Below are positions 1 to 9,610 of a stretch of 64,000 nt of DNA, piece by piece. The notes under the pieces are model-generated. The model ran no database searches and was not told where the DNA came from. It worked only from the letters and a program-made list of their open reading frames with translations. Each line of letters begins with the position of its first letter. Position 1 is the stretch's first letter. The translations under genes were made by a program, and so were the position numbers. Source of the stretch: Patescibacteria group bacterium (lineage in GTDB: Bacteria > Patescibacteriota > Microgenomatia > JAMCYU01); NCBI GenBank assembly GCA_023473585.1, contig JAMCYU010000001.1:66507-130506 (forward strand), written 5' to 3'.

Positions 1-1
1 T

Positions 2-535
2 AACGGTTTGCCGATTATTGCTTCCTTTTATATCGTTCTTTTATTGCATAAAAAAATTAGACCTCTTGTTTTTTTCACTCTAACTCTTCCCTTAGCCCTA
101 TTGGTCTTAATCTTAAGTTATTCAAAAGTTTTTTTAGACGGAGAGGGAATCCGTCGTTTTTTTGGTATTCAAAAATGGATATTCTTATATCATCAAAGCA
201 AGCTTATTTTGCCTTTTTCTATTTGGCCCTTAATTCTTCTTAATAAATGGTATGTTTGGTGGGGAGACAAACCGATACTCTCCGATTCACAGTGGCAGAT
301 TACCTGGCCTCTTGTCTTTATTGTCAGCTTGATAACCATTGCGCTTTATTTCTTAAAAAAAATTCCGCAAAAACTGGAGTTTGAAGTTTTAGCCGTCTGG
401 ACAATATGTTATGTTTTCTTTTTTAGTTTCGGACAAATAACAACACGTTATTTAATTCTTTATCTACCGATTCTTTATCTGGTTGCGGTTTTTGGCTTAA
501 AAAATCTTTTTTTAAAAGAACAATATGGAAAATAA
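2..535 (+). CDS. GT-C-type polytopic membrane protein, 5'-truncated by window edge; paralogue of 38425..39516
   Basis: Frame is open to the left edge (aac ggt ttg). Hydrophobic. Shares FxGxQKWI...LNxWxxWW...WQITWP...RY motifs with 38425..39516. Confidence 0.7.
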   Translation, partial: NGLPIIASFYIVLLLHKKIRPLVFFTLTLPLALLVLILSYSKVFLDGEGIRRFFGIQKWIFLYHQSKLILPFSIWPLILLNKWYVWWGDKPILSDSQWQITWPLVFIVSLITIALYFLKKIPQKLEFEVLAVWTICYVFFFSFGQITTRYLILYLPILYLVAVFGLKNLFLKEQYGK

Positions 536-1355
536 TCCTTTAGTTTCTGTCGTTATTCCCGCAAAAAATTCCGGTACGGTTTTAGAGACCTGTTTTAAAT
601 ACATCAAAAACCAAACTTACCCCAATATCGAAATAATTGTCGTTGACAGCCATTCGAAAGATAAGACGCAGAAAATTTGCGAACAATATAAAGTAAGGCT
701 TATTCAGTTTGACGACAGTAAAACCAGAGGACATTTTGACGCTACCTATAAAAGAAATTTGGGGGCTAAAGAGGCTAGGGGCTCTTTTGTTTATTATCTA
801 GATGCCGATTTTGAACTGACACCAAACGTTATTGCCGAAGCCGTCGCTATCTGCCAAAAGAGGAATGACGCCGTTATTGTCAAGGAAATTGTCAAAGGAC
901 AAGGTTTTTGGACCCGTTGCAAATGGCTGGAGCAAGAAACTTATTGGGGCGATGATAATGTCGAGGCTCCTCGTTTTTTTAAAAAAGAGGTTTGGGATAA
1001 ATTGGGGGGTCTTGATGAAAATTTGGGCGCCGGCTGTGACGATTGGGACCTATATCAAAGATTTAGACAAAAGGGTTATAAAGTCTTTCGGATAAAAGCA
1101 CCGCTTTATCATAATGAGGGCAAAATCACTCTTTCTCATTTATGGAAAAAGGCTTTTCTTTACGGCAAAGACGCTTCAAAATTTGTTAAAAAAAACCCGA
1201 GAGGCGGCTTAATTTATTTTTTCCCGATAAGGCCTGCCTATTTAAAACACTGGAAAATGTTTGTAAAGTATCCTTTAGAGGGAATTGGCCTTATTTTTAT
1301 GAGGATTTTTGAATATTTAGGAGGTTTTGCGGGCATTGTCGCTTCGAAAATTTAA
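525..1355 (+). CDS. Glycosyltransferase family 2
   Basis: VSVVIPAKN, EIIVVDSHSKD, RNLGA, LDAD (DxD), GGLDE..DDWDL. Confidence 0.92.
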   Translation: MENNPLVSVVIPAKNSGTVLETCFKYIKNQTYPNIEIIVVDSHSKDKTQKICEQYKVRLIQFDDSKTRGHFDATYKRNLGAKEARGSFVYYLDADFELTPNVIAEAVAICQKRNDAVIVKEIVKGQGFWTRCKWLEQETYWGDDNVEAPRFFKKEVWDKLGGLDENLGAGCDDWDLYQRFRQKGYKVFRIKAPLYHNEGKITLSHLWKKAFLYGKDASKFVKKNPRGGLIYFFPIRPAYLKHWKMFVKYPLEGIGLIFMRIFEYLGGFAGIVASKI

Positions 1356-1365
1356 AAAGTTATCT

Positions 1366-2280
1366 ATGACAAATTATTGGCAAGGTAAAAAAGTTTTGGT
1401 TACCGGAGCTTCCGGTTTTACCGGCGTACGCTTATGTTTAGAACTTCACAAAAAGGGTGCCAGGGTCAGGGCTCTAACCCATAAAGATGTTGACTTAACT
1501 AACTACAATCAAACAAAACAAGCCATTACCGACGAAACCATTATTATCCACGCTGCCTGTCTTGATGGCGGAGCCGCTTTCAAAAAAAAGTTTGCCAAGA
1601 AAATCTTTTTTGATAATTTAAAGATGACCCAGAATCTTGTCAGGGCTCTTGAGAATAAAAATATTGAGAAATTTGTTTATATAAGCTCCGCCGAAGTTTA
1701 TGGCAAACCGGCAAAAAAAGGAAAAATCAAAGAAGAAGATTTAAATAATTACCCACCATTTATCCCGGAATATTATTATGCTTGGTCAAAAATTATTAAT
1801 GAGTCCTTATGTCAAACACTGGAAAATCCTGTCAAGGTTATAATCATAAGACCCGCCAATCTTTATGGGATTGGTGACCGCTACGAACGAGGCAGGCTTG
1901 TACCAACGATTCTCGAGAAGATTAAAAGAGGCCAAAGATCGCTTCTTTTAAAAGGCGACGGTCGGCAAGAAAAAACTTTTCTTTATCTTGATGATTATAT
2001 CAAAAATCTGCTTCAGTTAGTCGAAAAAAGCAAGGGAGGAATTTATAATTTTGCCGGGGAAAAGATTATTAAGATTAAAGACTTTGTTAGAATTTTTAGC
2101 AGAATTTCTGGGTTAAAAATAACCTTCAGCGATAAAAACCAAACGCCTCAATCGCCTTTTGTTTTAGACATTACGAAAGCGAAGAAAATTGTTGACTATT
2201 GGTATGACTCAACTTACGAAGAAAATATTAAGAATCTCGTTAAGAAAACAAATTCCGCAAAAGCTTCACTAACTCCTTAA
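1366..2280 (+). CDS. NAD-dependent nucleotide-sugar epimerase/reductase (extended SDR, Fcl/WcaG/GME-like)
   Basis: TGASGFTG, SSAEVYG, YAWSK (YxxxK), RPANLYG. Start moved to ATG 1366. Confidence 0.85.
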   Translation: MTNYWQGKKVLVTGASGFTGVRLCLELHKKGARVRALTHKDVDLTNYNQTKQAITDETIIIHAACLDGGAAFKKKFAKKIFFDNLKMTQNLVRALENKNIEKFVYISSAEVYGKPAKKGKIKEEDLNNYPPFIPEYYYAWSKIINESLCQTLENPVKVIIIRPANLYGIGDRYERGRLVPTILEKIKRGQRSLLLKGDGRQEKTFLYLDDYIKNLLQLVEKSKGGIYNFAGEKIIKIKDFVRIFSRISGLKITFSDKNQTPQSPFVLDITKAKKIVDYWYDSTYEENIKNLVKKTNSAKASLTP

Positions 2281-3097
2281 CGCTTAAGAAAGCAACGTCG
2301 GTTAAGTAGTCTTCGTGTGTTTTTTCGCCAGTCTTCGCCCCGATAACTTTTATTTCTGTTTTTTTATCACCAAAAACTTCTATAAAAGCCTTACCCAGAT
2401 CATCAAGGTGAAATTTTTTGGTAAATTCCAAAGGATAATAAATTTTGGCAGGATTTAAATTATCCTCAAGGCTTTTCTCCACAATAAATTTAGCTGCGTC
2501 CGGCAGGGTTATGAAAAACCTGGTCATTTTAGGATCGGTGATTTCGATTTTATTTTGCTTTTTTATTTGTCTTTGCCAAAGATCCAAAACGCTTCCTCGT
2601 GAACCAAGAAAATTAGGGCAACGAATATTAATAAATTTTCCTTCAAAAAAATTATTTGTTTCCGAAACCAAATACTCGCCTAAAAGCTTCGAAGCACCAT
2701 AGCAGTTAACCACTCCTATGGCCTTATCCGATGAAATATTAATAAATCTTGAGACATTTTGAGACTGTTCCAGTAAATTTAAAATCCCAAAGATATTAAT
2801 TCTTAAAACTTCTCTCGGATATTTTTCTGCCAAGCTAACGTGCTTGATAGCCGCCGTGTGATAAACAAAATCAATCCCCTTTAAAAGGTATTTAACAGAT
2901 TCCGTGTCGGCAATATTGCCCACTCTCCAAATAACACGCCTGTCATTTATTTCCGCTTCGGCTTCTTTAATCAACCCTTCGTCACGGGAAACTGAAACGA
3001 TATTTTCCGCTTTTCTTCCCAAAAGCTCTTTAATCAATTGCCTGCCTAAACTTCCAGAACCACCGGTAATCAGAATTTTTTTATTTTTTAAGTTCAT
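2240..3097 (-). CDS. UDP-GlcNAc 4,6-dehydratase-like polysaccharide biosynthesis protein (PseB/FnlA/CapD family)
   Basis: TGGSGSLG, AAIKHV, SSDKA, YGASK, GSRGSV, TDPKMTRFF, GEKTHE. Confidence 0.88.
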   Translation of the reverse strand: MNLKNKKILITGGSGSLGRQLIKELLGRKAENIVSVSRDEGLIKEAEAEINDRRVIWRVGNIADTESVKYLLKGIDFVYHTAAIKHVSLAEKYPREVLRINIFGILNLLEQSQNVSRFINISSDKAIGVVNCYGASKLLGEYLVSETNNFFEGKFINIRCPNFLGSRGSVLDLWQRQIKKQNKIEITDPKMTRFFITLPDAAKFIVEKSLEDNLNPAKIYYPLEFTKKFHLDDLGKAFIEVFGDKKTEIKVIGAKTGEKTHEDYLTDVAFLSVKELVKLLRNLFS

Positions 3098-3098
3098 T

Positions 3099-4598
3099 TT
3101 ATTTCCTAAATTCCCAAAGTTTGGCTAGATACTTTAGTCCCTGAAAGCCCACGTATTTTACCCCGTCAAGAGAATTTAATTGTTTTAAAGTGTTAAAGAT
3201 AAAACGCGGCGTCCAAATGGACCGGCTATAAAGACTCCTGACCGCCCTTAGTAATTTTTCTTCATTGATCCCCGTTTTAATAATCGGTTCGCGCATATCA
3301 TACCGCTCCCAGTCTTTGGTTTTAAGTAAGTTATTCTCATCGCAATATTTAAAAAGCGGCGTCCCGGGATACGGAATCACCACGGTTGCCTGCAGGGAAT
3401 CTGCCAAACCCTGTTGAAAGAAATCATGAGCTAAAGAAATCGTTTTCATAACCTCTTTTTCTTTCTCCCAAGGATAACCAACCATCACCGTTAAATGGGG
3501 CATCAGTCCGGCCTCTTTAGCCCATTGAAGAACCTGGCTAATTTGTCCAACTTTTAAGTTTTTATTGATCTTATCAAGAGTCGCCTGTGAAGCCGATTCT
3601 AAACCGTAAAGGATAAATCGGAAACCGGCTTTTCCCATTAATTGGTAGTCTTTCTTGCTAAGTCCAGCGTTAAATCTCATATTGCAGTTTATTCTTATTT
3701 TTTTAGCATAACCGCGTTTAATCATTCCTTCGCAGAATTCTTTAAGCCATAAACCTACTGGAAAAGTCCCGCTATCGTCCATAATTTCCCTGATTTTATA
3801 TTTATTGATCAAAAATCCTATCTCGTCAAGAGCTTTTTCTACTTTAACTACCCGCCAATAGGCTCCCGGATAAAGAGTTGTCCACGAACAAAAGGTACAC
3901 CTGCCCCACCAACAATCTCTGCCAAACATTGTATAGGCCCCCGGAGCTCGATAGAAATTGGAGTTTTTATAAGCGTAAAGTTCCCATTTCGTCAGTTTTC
4001 TGTCAATTGTCGGCAAACTATTAAGATCATGATTTAACTGAAACTTTCCCGTATTTTTTATTTCAGATTTCATGTCCAAAGTTTCATTTCTATACCAGAT
4101 CCCCGGCTCTAATTTTTCTCCTTTTATTAAATGATTAACCAAATTCAGAAGTAAAAAATCATAATCGCCACCGGTCAAAATATAATCTACTTTAGAATTT
4201 TCCATCGATTCCTCTGGCAAAGCCGTCACGTGATCCCCAACTAAGATATATCTGGTTTTATTTCTTTTGTCTTTTAAATTATCGATAATCTTCCAATAAC
4301 GTTTGACAACGGGCGTTTTTGTTTCAAAAAAAACTAAATCTGGTTTTATTTTCTGTAATTCTTTTTCCCATTTTTTATAGCTCCATTTCTCGGCAATCCC
4401 GTCTAACCAGTAAATTTCGTGTCCCGCCTTTTTAAGAAGCGTCGCGGCCGAAGCCGGAACGACCGGATAAATACTGTAAGTCGTCAAAAGACTGGGAAAC
4501 CACTGAAATTGCCGGTTTTGAGAAAGAAGGGGCACTCCTTTTTCTGATTCAAGCGGCGGATAGGCAATAGCAATCTTCATCTTGTTTCTAGGACTCAT
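3099..4598 (-). CDS. Cobalamin-binding radical SAM protein (BchE/HpnJ-like)
   Basis: B12-binding-like N-terminus (GDHVTALPEE), CWWGRCTFC cluster motif, GLESASQ, PYPGTPL. Alternative start at 4580. Confidence 0.88.
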   Translation of the reverse strand: MSPRNKMKIAIAYPPLESEKGVPLLSQNRQFQWFPSLLTTYSIYPVVPASAATLLKKAGHEIYWLDGIAEKWSYKKWEKELQKIKPDLVFFETKTPVVKRYWKIIDNLKDKRNKTRYILVGDHVTALPEESMENSKVDYILTGGDYDFLLLNLVNHLIKGEKLEPGIWYRNETLDMKSEIKNTGKFQLNHDLNSLPTIDRKLTKWELYAYKNSNFYRAPGAYTMFGRDCWWGRCTFCSWTTLYPGAYWRVVKVEKALDEIGFLINKYKIREIMDDSGTFPVGLWLKEFCEGMIKRGYAKKIRINCNMRFNAGLSKKDYQLMGKAGFRFILYGLESASQATLDKINKNLKVGQISQVLQWAKEAGLMPHLTVMVGYPWEKEKEVMKTISLAHDFFQQGLADSLQATVVIPYPGTPLFKYCDENNLLKTKDWERYDMREPIIKTGINEEKLLRAVRSLYSRSIWTPRFIFNTLKQLNSLDGVKYVGFQGLKYLAKLWEFRK

Positions 4599-4638
4599 AT
4601 AATAACAATTTTATAAAAAATTTGGTATGATAACATAG

Positions 4639-4664
4639 CGATTAATTCGTTTCACTCATTATAT
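4639..4664. repeat. 26-bp element, copy 1 (CGATTAATTCGTTTCACTCATTATAT); contains minus-strand TATAAT
   Basis: Identical to 53714..53739. Lies in the divergent intergenic region. Minus strand reads TGaTATAAT (extended -10) toward the radical SAM gene. Confidence 0.9.
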
Positions 4665-4680
4665 CATAATATCATACCCT

Positions 4681-6462
4681 ATGGCTCTCACTCATTCTCA
4701 AAAAAAATATCTCAAGAAAAATCTCAAAAGATTTTCGTTGACTAAAATTGCCGCTGATTTAAATATCTCTCAAAAAGAGATCAGTGATTATTTAAAAAAT
4801 TCTTTGCCAGAAAATAAGTACCAAAGAATTCTTCACAATAATGAAACGGTTGTCAATAAAAAAATTTCTTGGAAATCTCTTATTTTTTTATTATTTTTAG
4901 TTTTGGCTGTCTATTTTAATAGTTTATCCGGCGATTTTCTCTCCGACGATATTGCCGCTATCAGCCATAATCTCACTATCGGTCATTTTTCTCATTTCCT
5001 TTTTCCTTATCTGCCCTTCTTTTCTCCGCCCAACTTCTTTGAGTCAATCATTTATCTTCTTTTCGGTCCGACGCCAATTTTTTATCATTTACTCAATGTT
5101 TCTTTCCATCTCGGAGCGGTTTTAATCATTTTTATCCTTAGCGATCTTTTGTTTGCTTTTCCAGCCAGTCTTTTTATCGCCAGTCTTTTCGCTGTCCATC
5201 CGCTTTTAACGGAATCTGTTACCTGGATTTCCGGAATTCCATATACTCTTTCTTCTTTGTTTCTGCTTTGGTCGCTTCTTAACTATATTGCAGCTAAAAA
5301 CAGAGTTGTTTATTTTTTCTCTTTTCTTGCTTTCTTTTTAGGATTAGCTTCGAACGAAAAAACGGTTGTTTTTCCTTTTGTTTTATTTTTGTATGAATTT
5401 TCTTTTGGAAATTTTAAGAAGCACTGGCCAAAATTGCTTCCTTATTTTGCCTTGTCCTTTTTTTGGGCTTTCTTGTATCTTGGCAGTATCGGACAAAGAG
5501 CCTCTATCTTACAGACATCCTTTTACCAAGAACCCGGGATAAATAATCCTTTCCTACAAATTCCTGTCGCCCTCAGCTCTTACTTAAAACTGCTCTTTTT
5601 CCCTATAAATTTAAGTTTTTATCACACGGAGCTTAGTTTCTCCCGAAATCAATATTTTTTAATGTTGGGAGTTTTGTTTTTCTTCTTGATAGTTCTTTTT
5701 TATGCGTTTTTTAAAAACCGCCGCATATTTTTTGGGCTTTCTTTTTTTCTAATTCTTCTCTCGCCAACCTTAACTCCCCTGAAAATAACCTGGGTGGTTG
5801 CAGAAAGATATGTCTATTTGCCTTCATTAGGAATAATTATCCTTATTGGTCTGGCGATCAAAAAAATCGGGGAAATTTTAAAAAGTCAAAACGTTTCTTA
5901 TTTTCTTTTCTTTCTTCTCCTTGTTCTTTTGTCTTTCCGAACAATCATCCGCAATTTTGATTTTCAAAATCAAGACAATCTTTGGCTGGCAACCGCCAAG
6001 ACTTCCCCCTCGAGTCCGCAAAATCATAATAACTTAGGCGATCTCTATAGCCGCCGGGGAGAGCTAAACGAAGCCTTATTCCATTTCAAAAAAGCCATTG
6101 AACTCCAACCTAATTATGGCGATGCTTATCACAACCTTGCCAACACTCTTAATCAAATGGGGAAAACAGAAGAGGCCATTGCTAATTATCAAAAGGCTTT
6201 AACTTTAAATCCCGGTCTTTGGCAGTCATACCAAAACCTGGCCGCAATTTATTTTAATCACGGAAATTTCCAAGAAGCCGCTGTAAACCTGGAAAAAGCC
6301 ATTAAAATTAATTCTCAAGATTTTAATTTATACACCAATTTAGGGTTCACCTACCTTAAACTTGGCAATAAAGAAAAAGCGGTCAAAAATTTTCAACAGG
6401 CTTTAATTCTTAATCCTCAAGACCAAAAAGCACAAGTGGGTCTGGAAGAGTCTTTAAAATAA
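4681..6462 (+). CDS. TMTC-like GT-C protein O-mannosyltransferase homologue with C-terminal TPRs and N-terminal HTH-like segment
   Basis: SDD after TM1, FAVHPLLTESVTWISG, AERYVYLPSLG, then about 4 TPRs (HNNLG, YHNLA, YQNLA, YTNLG). Confidence 0.85.
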   Translation: MALTHSQKKYLKKNLKRFSLTKIAADLNISQKEISDYLKNSLPENKYQRILHNNETVVNKKISWKSLIFLLFLVLAVYFNSLSGDFLSDDIAAISHNLTIGHFSHFLFPYLPFFSPPNFFESIIYLLFGPTPIFYHLLNVSFHLGAVLIIFILSDLLFAFPASLFIASLFAVHPLLTESVTWISGIPYTLSSLFLLWSLLNYIAAKNRVVYFFSFLAFFLGLASNEKTVVFPFVLFLYEFSFGNFKKHWPKLLPYFALSFFWAFLYLGSIGQRASILQTSFYQEPGINNPFLQIPVALSSYLKLLFFPINLSFYHTELSFSRNQYFLMLGVLFFFLIVLFYAFFKNRRIFFGLSFFLILLSPTLTPLKITWVVAERYVYLPSLGIIILIGLAIKKIGEILKSQNVSYFLFFLLLVLLSFRTIIRNFDFQNQDNLWLATAKTSPSSPQNHNNLGDLYSRRGELNEALFHFKKAIELQPNYGDAYHNLANTLNQMGKTEEAIANYQKALTLNPGLWQSYQNLAAIYFNHGNFQEAAVNLEKAIKINSQDFNLYTNLGFTYLKLGNKEKAVKNFQQALILNPQDQKAQVGLEESLK

Positions 6463-7437
6463 TTATCTTCGGAGCTTTCTGGAGAAAAAACCCTTGATAA
6501 ACAAAAGACCATAGGTAAAATGGGTCACAAAAATTGAAAGGCCAACCAAAATCCCCAGTTTCAAATTTTTTTCCAAAAGGGAAATCTTAAAAGAAGTTAT
6601 CAAAAGAAGCAAGAAATAAAAGGACAAGGTCAGCAAATAAAAAGGCCAAAGCGGTCTTAGGATAAAAGAAACAGGTATCCCCCCAATAAGTCCCAAAGCA
6701 AAAAGGGTCGGCAGAAGATAACCCAAGCGGAAAGAGGTTTTAGGCAATGTTTTGGCAAAGTATCCTCGATGGACGGCATAGCGGCTGATTTGTTCAAGAT
6801 GTGCTCTAAAAACCGCGCGCCGATGATGATAAACTAAAATACGAGGGTCATAAATGATTTTTTTGTTTAATTTATAAACCAAATCATAACATAATTTTGT
6901 GTCCTCCCCCGGCCAGAAATGGGAATCAAAACCGCCGATTTTCACAAAATCTTCTTTGCGAACTAAGAAATTAACCGTCGGATAGTCATTAACTTCACGC
7001 CTTTTACTTACAAGACAACGATATGTCCCTGCTCCACCACTGCCTAACCAACTAGACCAGACATATCCCGAAGCTTTTTGGAATAAATTATCAGAAGGAG
7101 GAGTTACAGTCGGACCGCAAAGCCCCGCTATTCCTTTATTATTTTTGAATAACTCCAGGGCATTTTTTAGCCAGTTTTGGTCCGGATAAGAATCATCGTC
7201 TAAAAAGGCCAAAATCTCACCCTTGGCTCTTTTCGCTCCCAAATCTCGTTTATCGGCCGGTCCGCTTTTTTTTGCGTCTACTAAAATCGTCGTTTTGGGA
7301 AATTTTTCCAAAGACTCTTTATCGACGACAATCAGTAATTCAAAATCTTTTTCTGTTTGAGATAAAATTGCCGGAATTGTCTCTTGACGAAGAAAGTCAT
7401 TAATTTCTTTAACCGGAATAATAATTGAGGCTTTCAT
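6463..7437 (-). CDS. Glycosyltransferase family 2 with C-terminal TM helices
   Basis: SIIIP, FLDDD, GGFD..GEDT, HHRR, hydrophobic tail. Confidence 0.9.
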   Translation of the reverse strand: MKASIIIPVKEINDFLRQETIPAILSQTEKDFELLIVVDKESLEKFPKTTILVDAKKSGPADKRDLGAKRAKGEILAFLDDDSYPDQNWLKNALELFKNNKGIAGLCGPTVTPPSDNLFQKASGYVWSSWLGSGGAGTYRCLVSKRREVNDYPTVNFLVRKEDFVKIGGFDSHFWPGEDTKLCYDLVYKLNKKIIYDPRILVYHHRRAVFRAHLEQISRYAVHRGYFAKTLPKTSFRLGYLLPTLFALGLIGGIPVSFILRPLWPFYLLTLSFYFLLLLITSFKISLLEKNLKLGILVGLSIFVTHFTYGLLFIKGFFSRKLRR

Positions 7438-7450
7438 TTTGAGTAAAGCG

Positions 7451-7486
7451 AAAAAAGTAGCCCTGCCCTAGGCGGGGCGTCTTTTT
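7451..7486. terminator. GC-rich hairpin flanked by A6 and T5 tracts (possible bidirectional intrinsic terminator)
   Basis: aaaaaa gta GCCCTGCC cta GGCGGGGC gtc ttttt; 8-bp stem with one G-U pair. Confidence 0.6.
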
Positions 7487-8290
7487 CTAGCCAATATTGA
7501 CCCGATAATCTAAATCTTTATCATAGCGCCATTTGCGCTTATTGGAATTATCGTAATAATGAAGAATTTTAAGCCGATAAAAAACCGCCGCCGTATCCCA
7601 AAGAGTACTAAAAATTGCCCTTAAAATTGACTGGGAAACAATACTTCCTTCCAGATTCCAGACAAGACGAATGGGCGCCTCAAAAATTCTTTTATAACCC
7701 AATCTGTGAGCTACCGCTAAAATCTCAATGTCAAAAGCGTACGTTTTGACGATAAGACGCGGCAAGACATTTTCCAAAACTTCCCTCTTGAAGAATTTTA
7801 TACCTGCTTGAGTATCACGGACATTTAATCCGAAAAGAATTCTCACCATCATTTGATAAACCCGACTGATAATCTTTCTTTGCCAAGGATAATCTATTTG
7901 AGAAGCAGGGTGACGTTTCGAACCAACAATGATGTCTGCGTTGTACCATTCAAAATGTTCCAAAAGCATGGAGAGACCATTAGGATCTAAATCCATGCCT
8001 GCGTCAATAAAAGCTACGATGTCTCCTTTGGTTCTGGCCATACCGAATCTGACAGCGTAACCTTTTCCATGATTAGTCTCGTAGCCAACAACCTTGATTT
8101 TTTTATCTTCGATTTTTTTAGCCCGGCTAAAGGTTTTATCGTCTTTCCCATCGACAACCACAATAATTTCATAATCATATCTGATTTTTTTAAGAACAGC
8201 GTTTATTTTTTTAACGTCTTTAACAATGATTTTTTCTTGGTGATAAGTAGGAATTACGACAGATAAGAAGCGGTGATTAATGTTTTTCAT
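7487..8290 (-). CDS. GT2, polyprenol/dolichol-phosphate sugar synthase-like (DPM1/ALG5 type)
   Basis: SVVIPTY, VVDGKDD, NHGKGYAVRFG, FIDAG, GSKR, DTQAGIKFF, FDIEIL. Start moved to ATG 8290. Confidence 0.88.
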   Translation of the reverse strand: MKNINHRFLSVVIPTYHQEKIIVKDVKKINAVLKKIRYDYEIIVVVDGKDDKTFSRAKKIEDKKIKVVGYETNHGKGYAVRFGMARTKGDIVAFIDAGMDLDPNGLSMLLEHFEWYNADIIVGSKRHPASQIDYPWQRKIISRVYQMMVRILFGLNVRDTQAGIKFFKREVLENVLPRLIVKTYAFDIEILAVAHRLGYKRIFEAPIRLVWNLEGSIVSQSILRAIFSTLWDTAAVFYRLKILHYYDNSNKRKWRYDKDLDYRVNIG

Positions 8291-8340
8291 TTCGAAGGTA
8301 ATATAACAGAAGCGTAAATAATAGTAAAGTCGCTTGATGC

Positions 8341-9597
8341 TTATGTTCTTTTTGACCACGCGTAATACAACGAGAGAAAGGAAAAGAGCAGAGTTGAAGT
8401 TAAAATAAAAATTGAAAGTATTTGCAAGAGTGATTGATGAAAAATAATAATTAAAACAATCTGTAAAATTGCCGCCGTCACGGCCAGTATGGTTGGAAAA
8501 ATAATTTTTAGGGCTAAAAAGATATTGAGGATAACGACGTTAAGAGTGTATAAAGAAATTCCCACAGCAAAATAAATTACATACGGCTCCATGGAAAGAT
8601 AGCTTTTACCGAAAAGCATAAGGATCATTAATTTCGGGAAAAAACCAAAGATAATAAACGATCCTCCGATAATGAGACCGATTAATAAGATGCCGAAAAG
8701 GGCAACTTCTTTAACATTTTTATTCGCCGCCTGAGCTTCAGAGATGGTGGGGAAAATGACACTGACAACCGGAAGGGCGGCAAAATAAATTATTTTTCCC
8801 AGAGTAGAAAGGGCAGCATATAAACCCGCCTCAAGCGGAGGAAGAAAATGGCGTACTAAAATAACATCCGAGGTAATTAACGAAGTGATACTTAAATTGC
8901 TGAAAAAAACCGGAAAGAGAAAAGAAAAGATTTCTTTTTTTTCCGGAATGGGTTCTTTTTTTTCTCCGCCAATCAAATCCTTGACTAGGAAAAAAACAAG
9001 ACCAATAGAAAATAAAGACAGAAGAAAGAAAGGAAAAACCGCTCCGGCTAAACCCCAACCGATATAAAGAAGAAAAATCGTTGCTAATAAGCGAAAAATT
9101 CCTTCGGCAATCCCGGTAACTGTTAGGGCGCCAAAACGACCAAGCCCCTGGAGAAAACTTTTTCCCAAGATCGCAAAAACTCCCAAGATAAAAGATAAGG
9201 CAACCCAAATAAATAAGAAAGGCGAGGGCAAGTGTAAAAAATTGACGACAATTGGGGTAGCCAAGATCATTATTAAAATAACTAGGGGTAATATAAAAAA
9301 TAATTTTTTATTTATTTTCCAAAAAAAAGATTCTATGGTTGTTACCCTATTTTGACCCTTAAACGAAGAAACATATTTAGTAATAACTAAGGAAATCGTA
9401 CTTAAAGGAACGCCCAGTTGATAAATAAGAGAAATTAAACTGTCTAAAATTCCATAATCACTCGGTCCTAAACTGCGGGCGATAACCAAGTGGTATAAAT
9501 AATTAGTCAGGCTCCCGATAAAACCACCAATGACCATGATAAAACTTCCCGAAATAACCTTGTTTTCTTTAATTAAGGAAAAAACTTTTCTGATCAT
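8341..9597 (-). CDS. wzx: Wzx/MATE-like oligosaccharide flippase
   Basis: About 12 TM helices, ARSLGPSDYG, DVILVRHFL...AGLYAA. Confidence 0.82.
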   Translation of the reverse strand: MIRKVFSLIKENKVISGSFIMVIGGFIGSLTNYLYHLVIARSLGPSDYGILDSLISLIYQLGVPLSTISLVITKYVSSFKGQNRVTTIESFFWKINKKLFFILPLVILIMILATPIVVNFLHLPSPFLFIWVALSFILGVFAILGKSFLQGLGRFGALTVTGIAEGIFRLLATIFLLYIGWGLAGAVFPFFLLSLFSIGLVFFLVKDLIGGEKKEPIPEKKEIFSFLFPVFFSNLSITSLITSDVILVRHFLPPLEAGLYAALSTLGKIIYFAALPVVSVIFPTISEAQAANKNVKEVALFGILLIGLIIGGSFIIFGFFPKLMILMLFGKSYLSMEPYVIYFAVGISLYTLNVVILNIFLALKIIFPTILAVTAAILQIVLIIIFHQSLLQILSIFILTSTLLFSFLSLYYAWSKRT

Positions 9598-9610
9598 AAT
9601 TTATCAGCTT

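Noticed and set aside
3099-4598. Hopanoid biosynthesis (HpnJ/HpnP) assignment
   Set aside because: No squalene-hopene cyclase or other hpn genes are nearby; only family-level similarity is supported.
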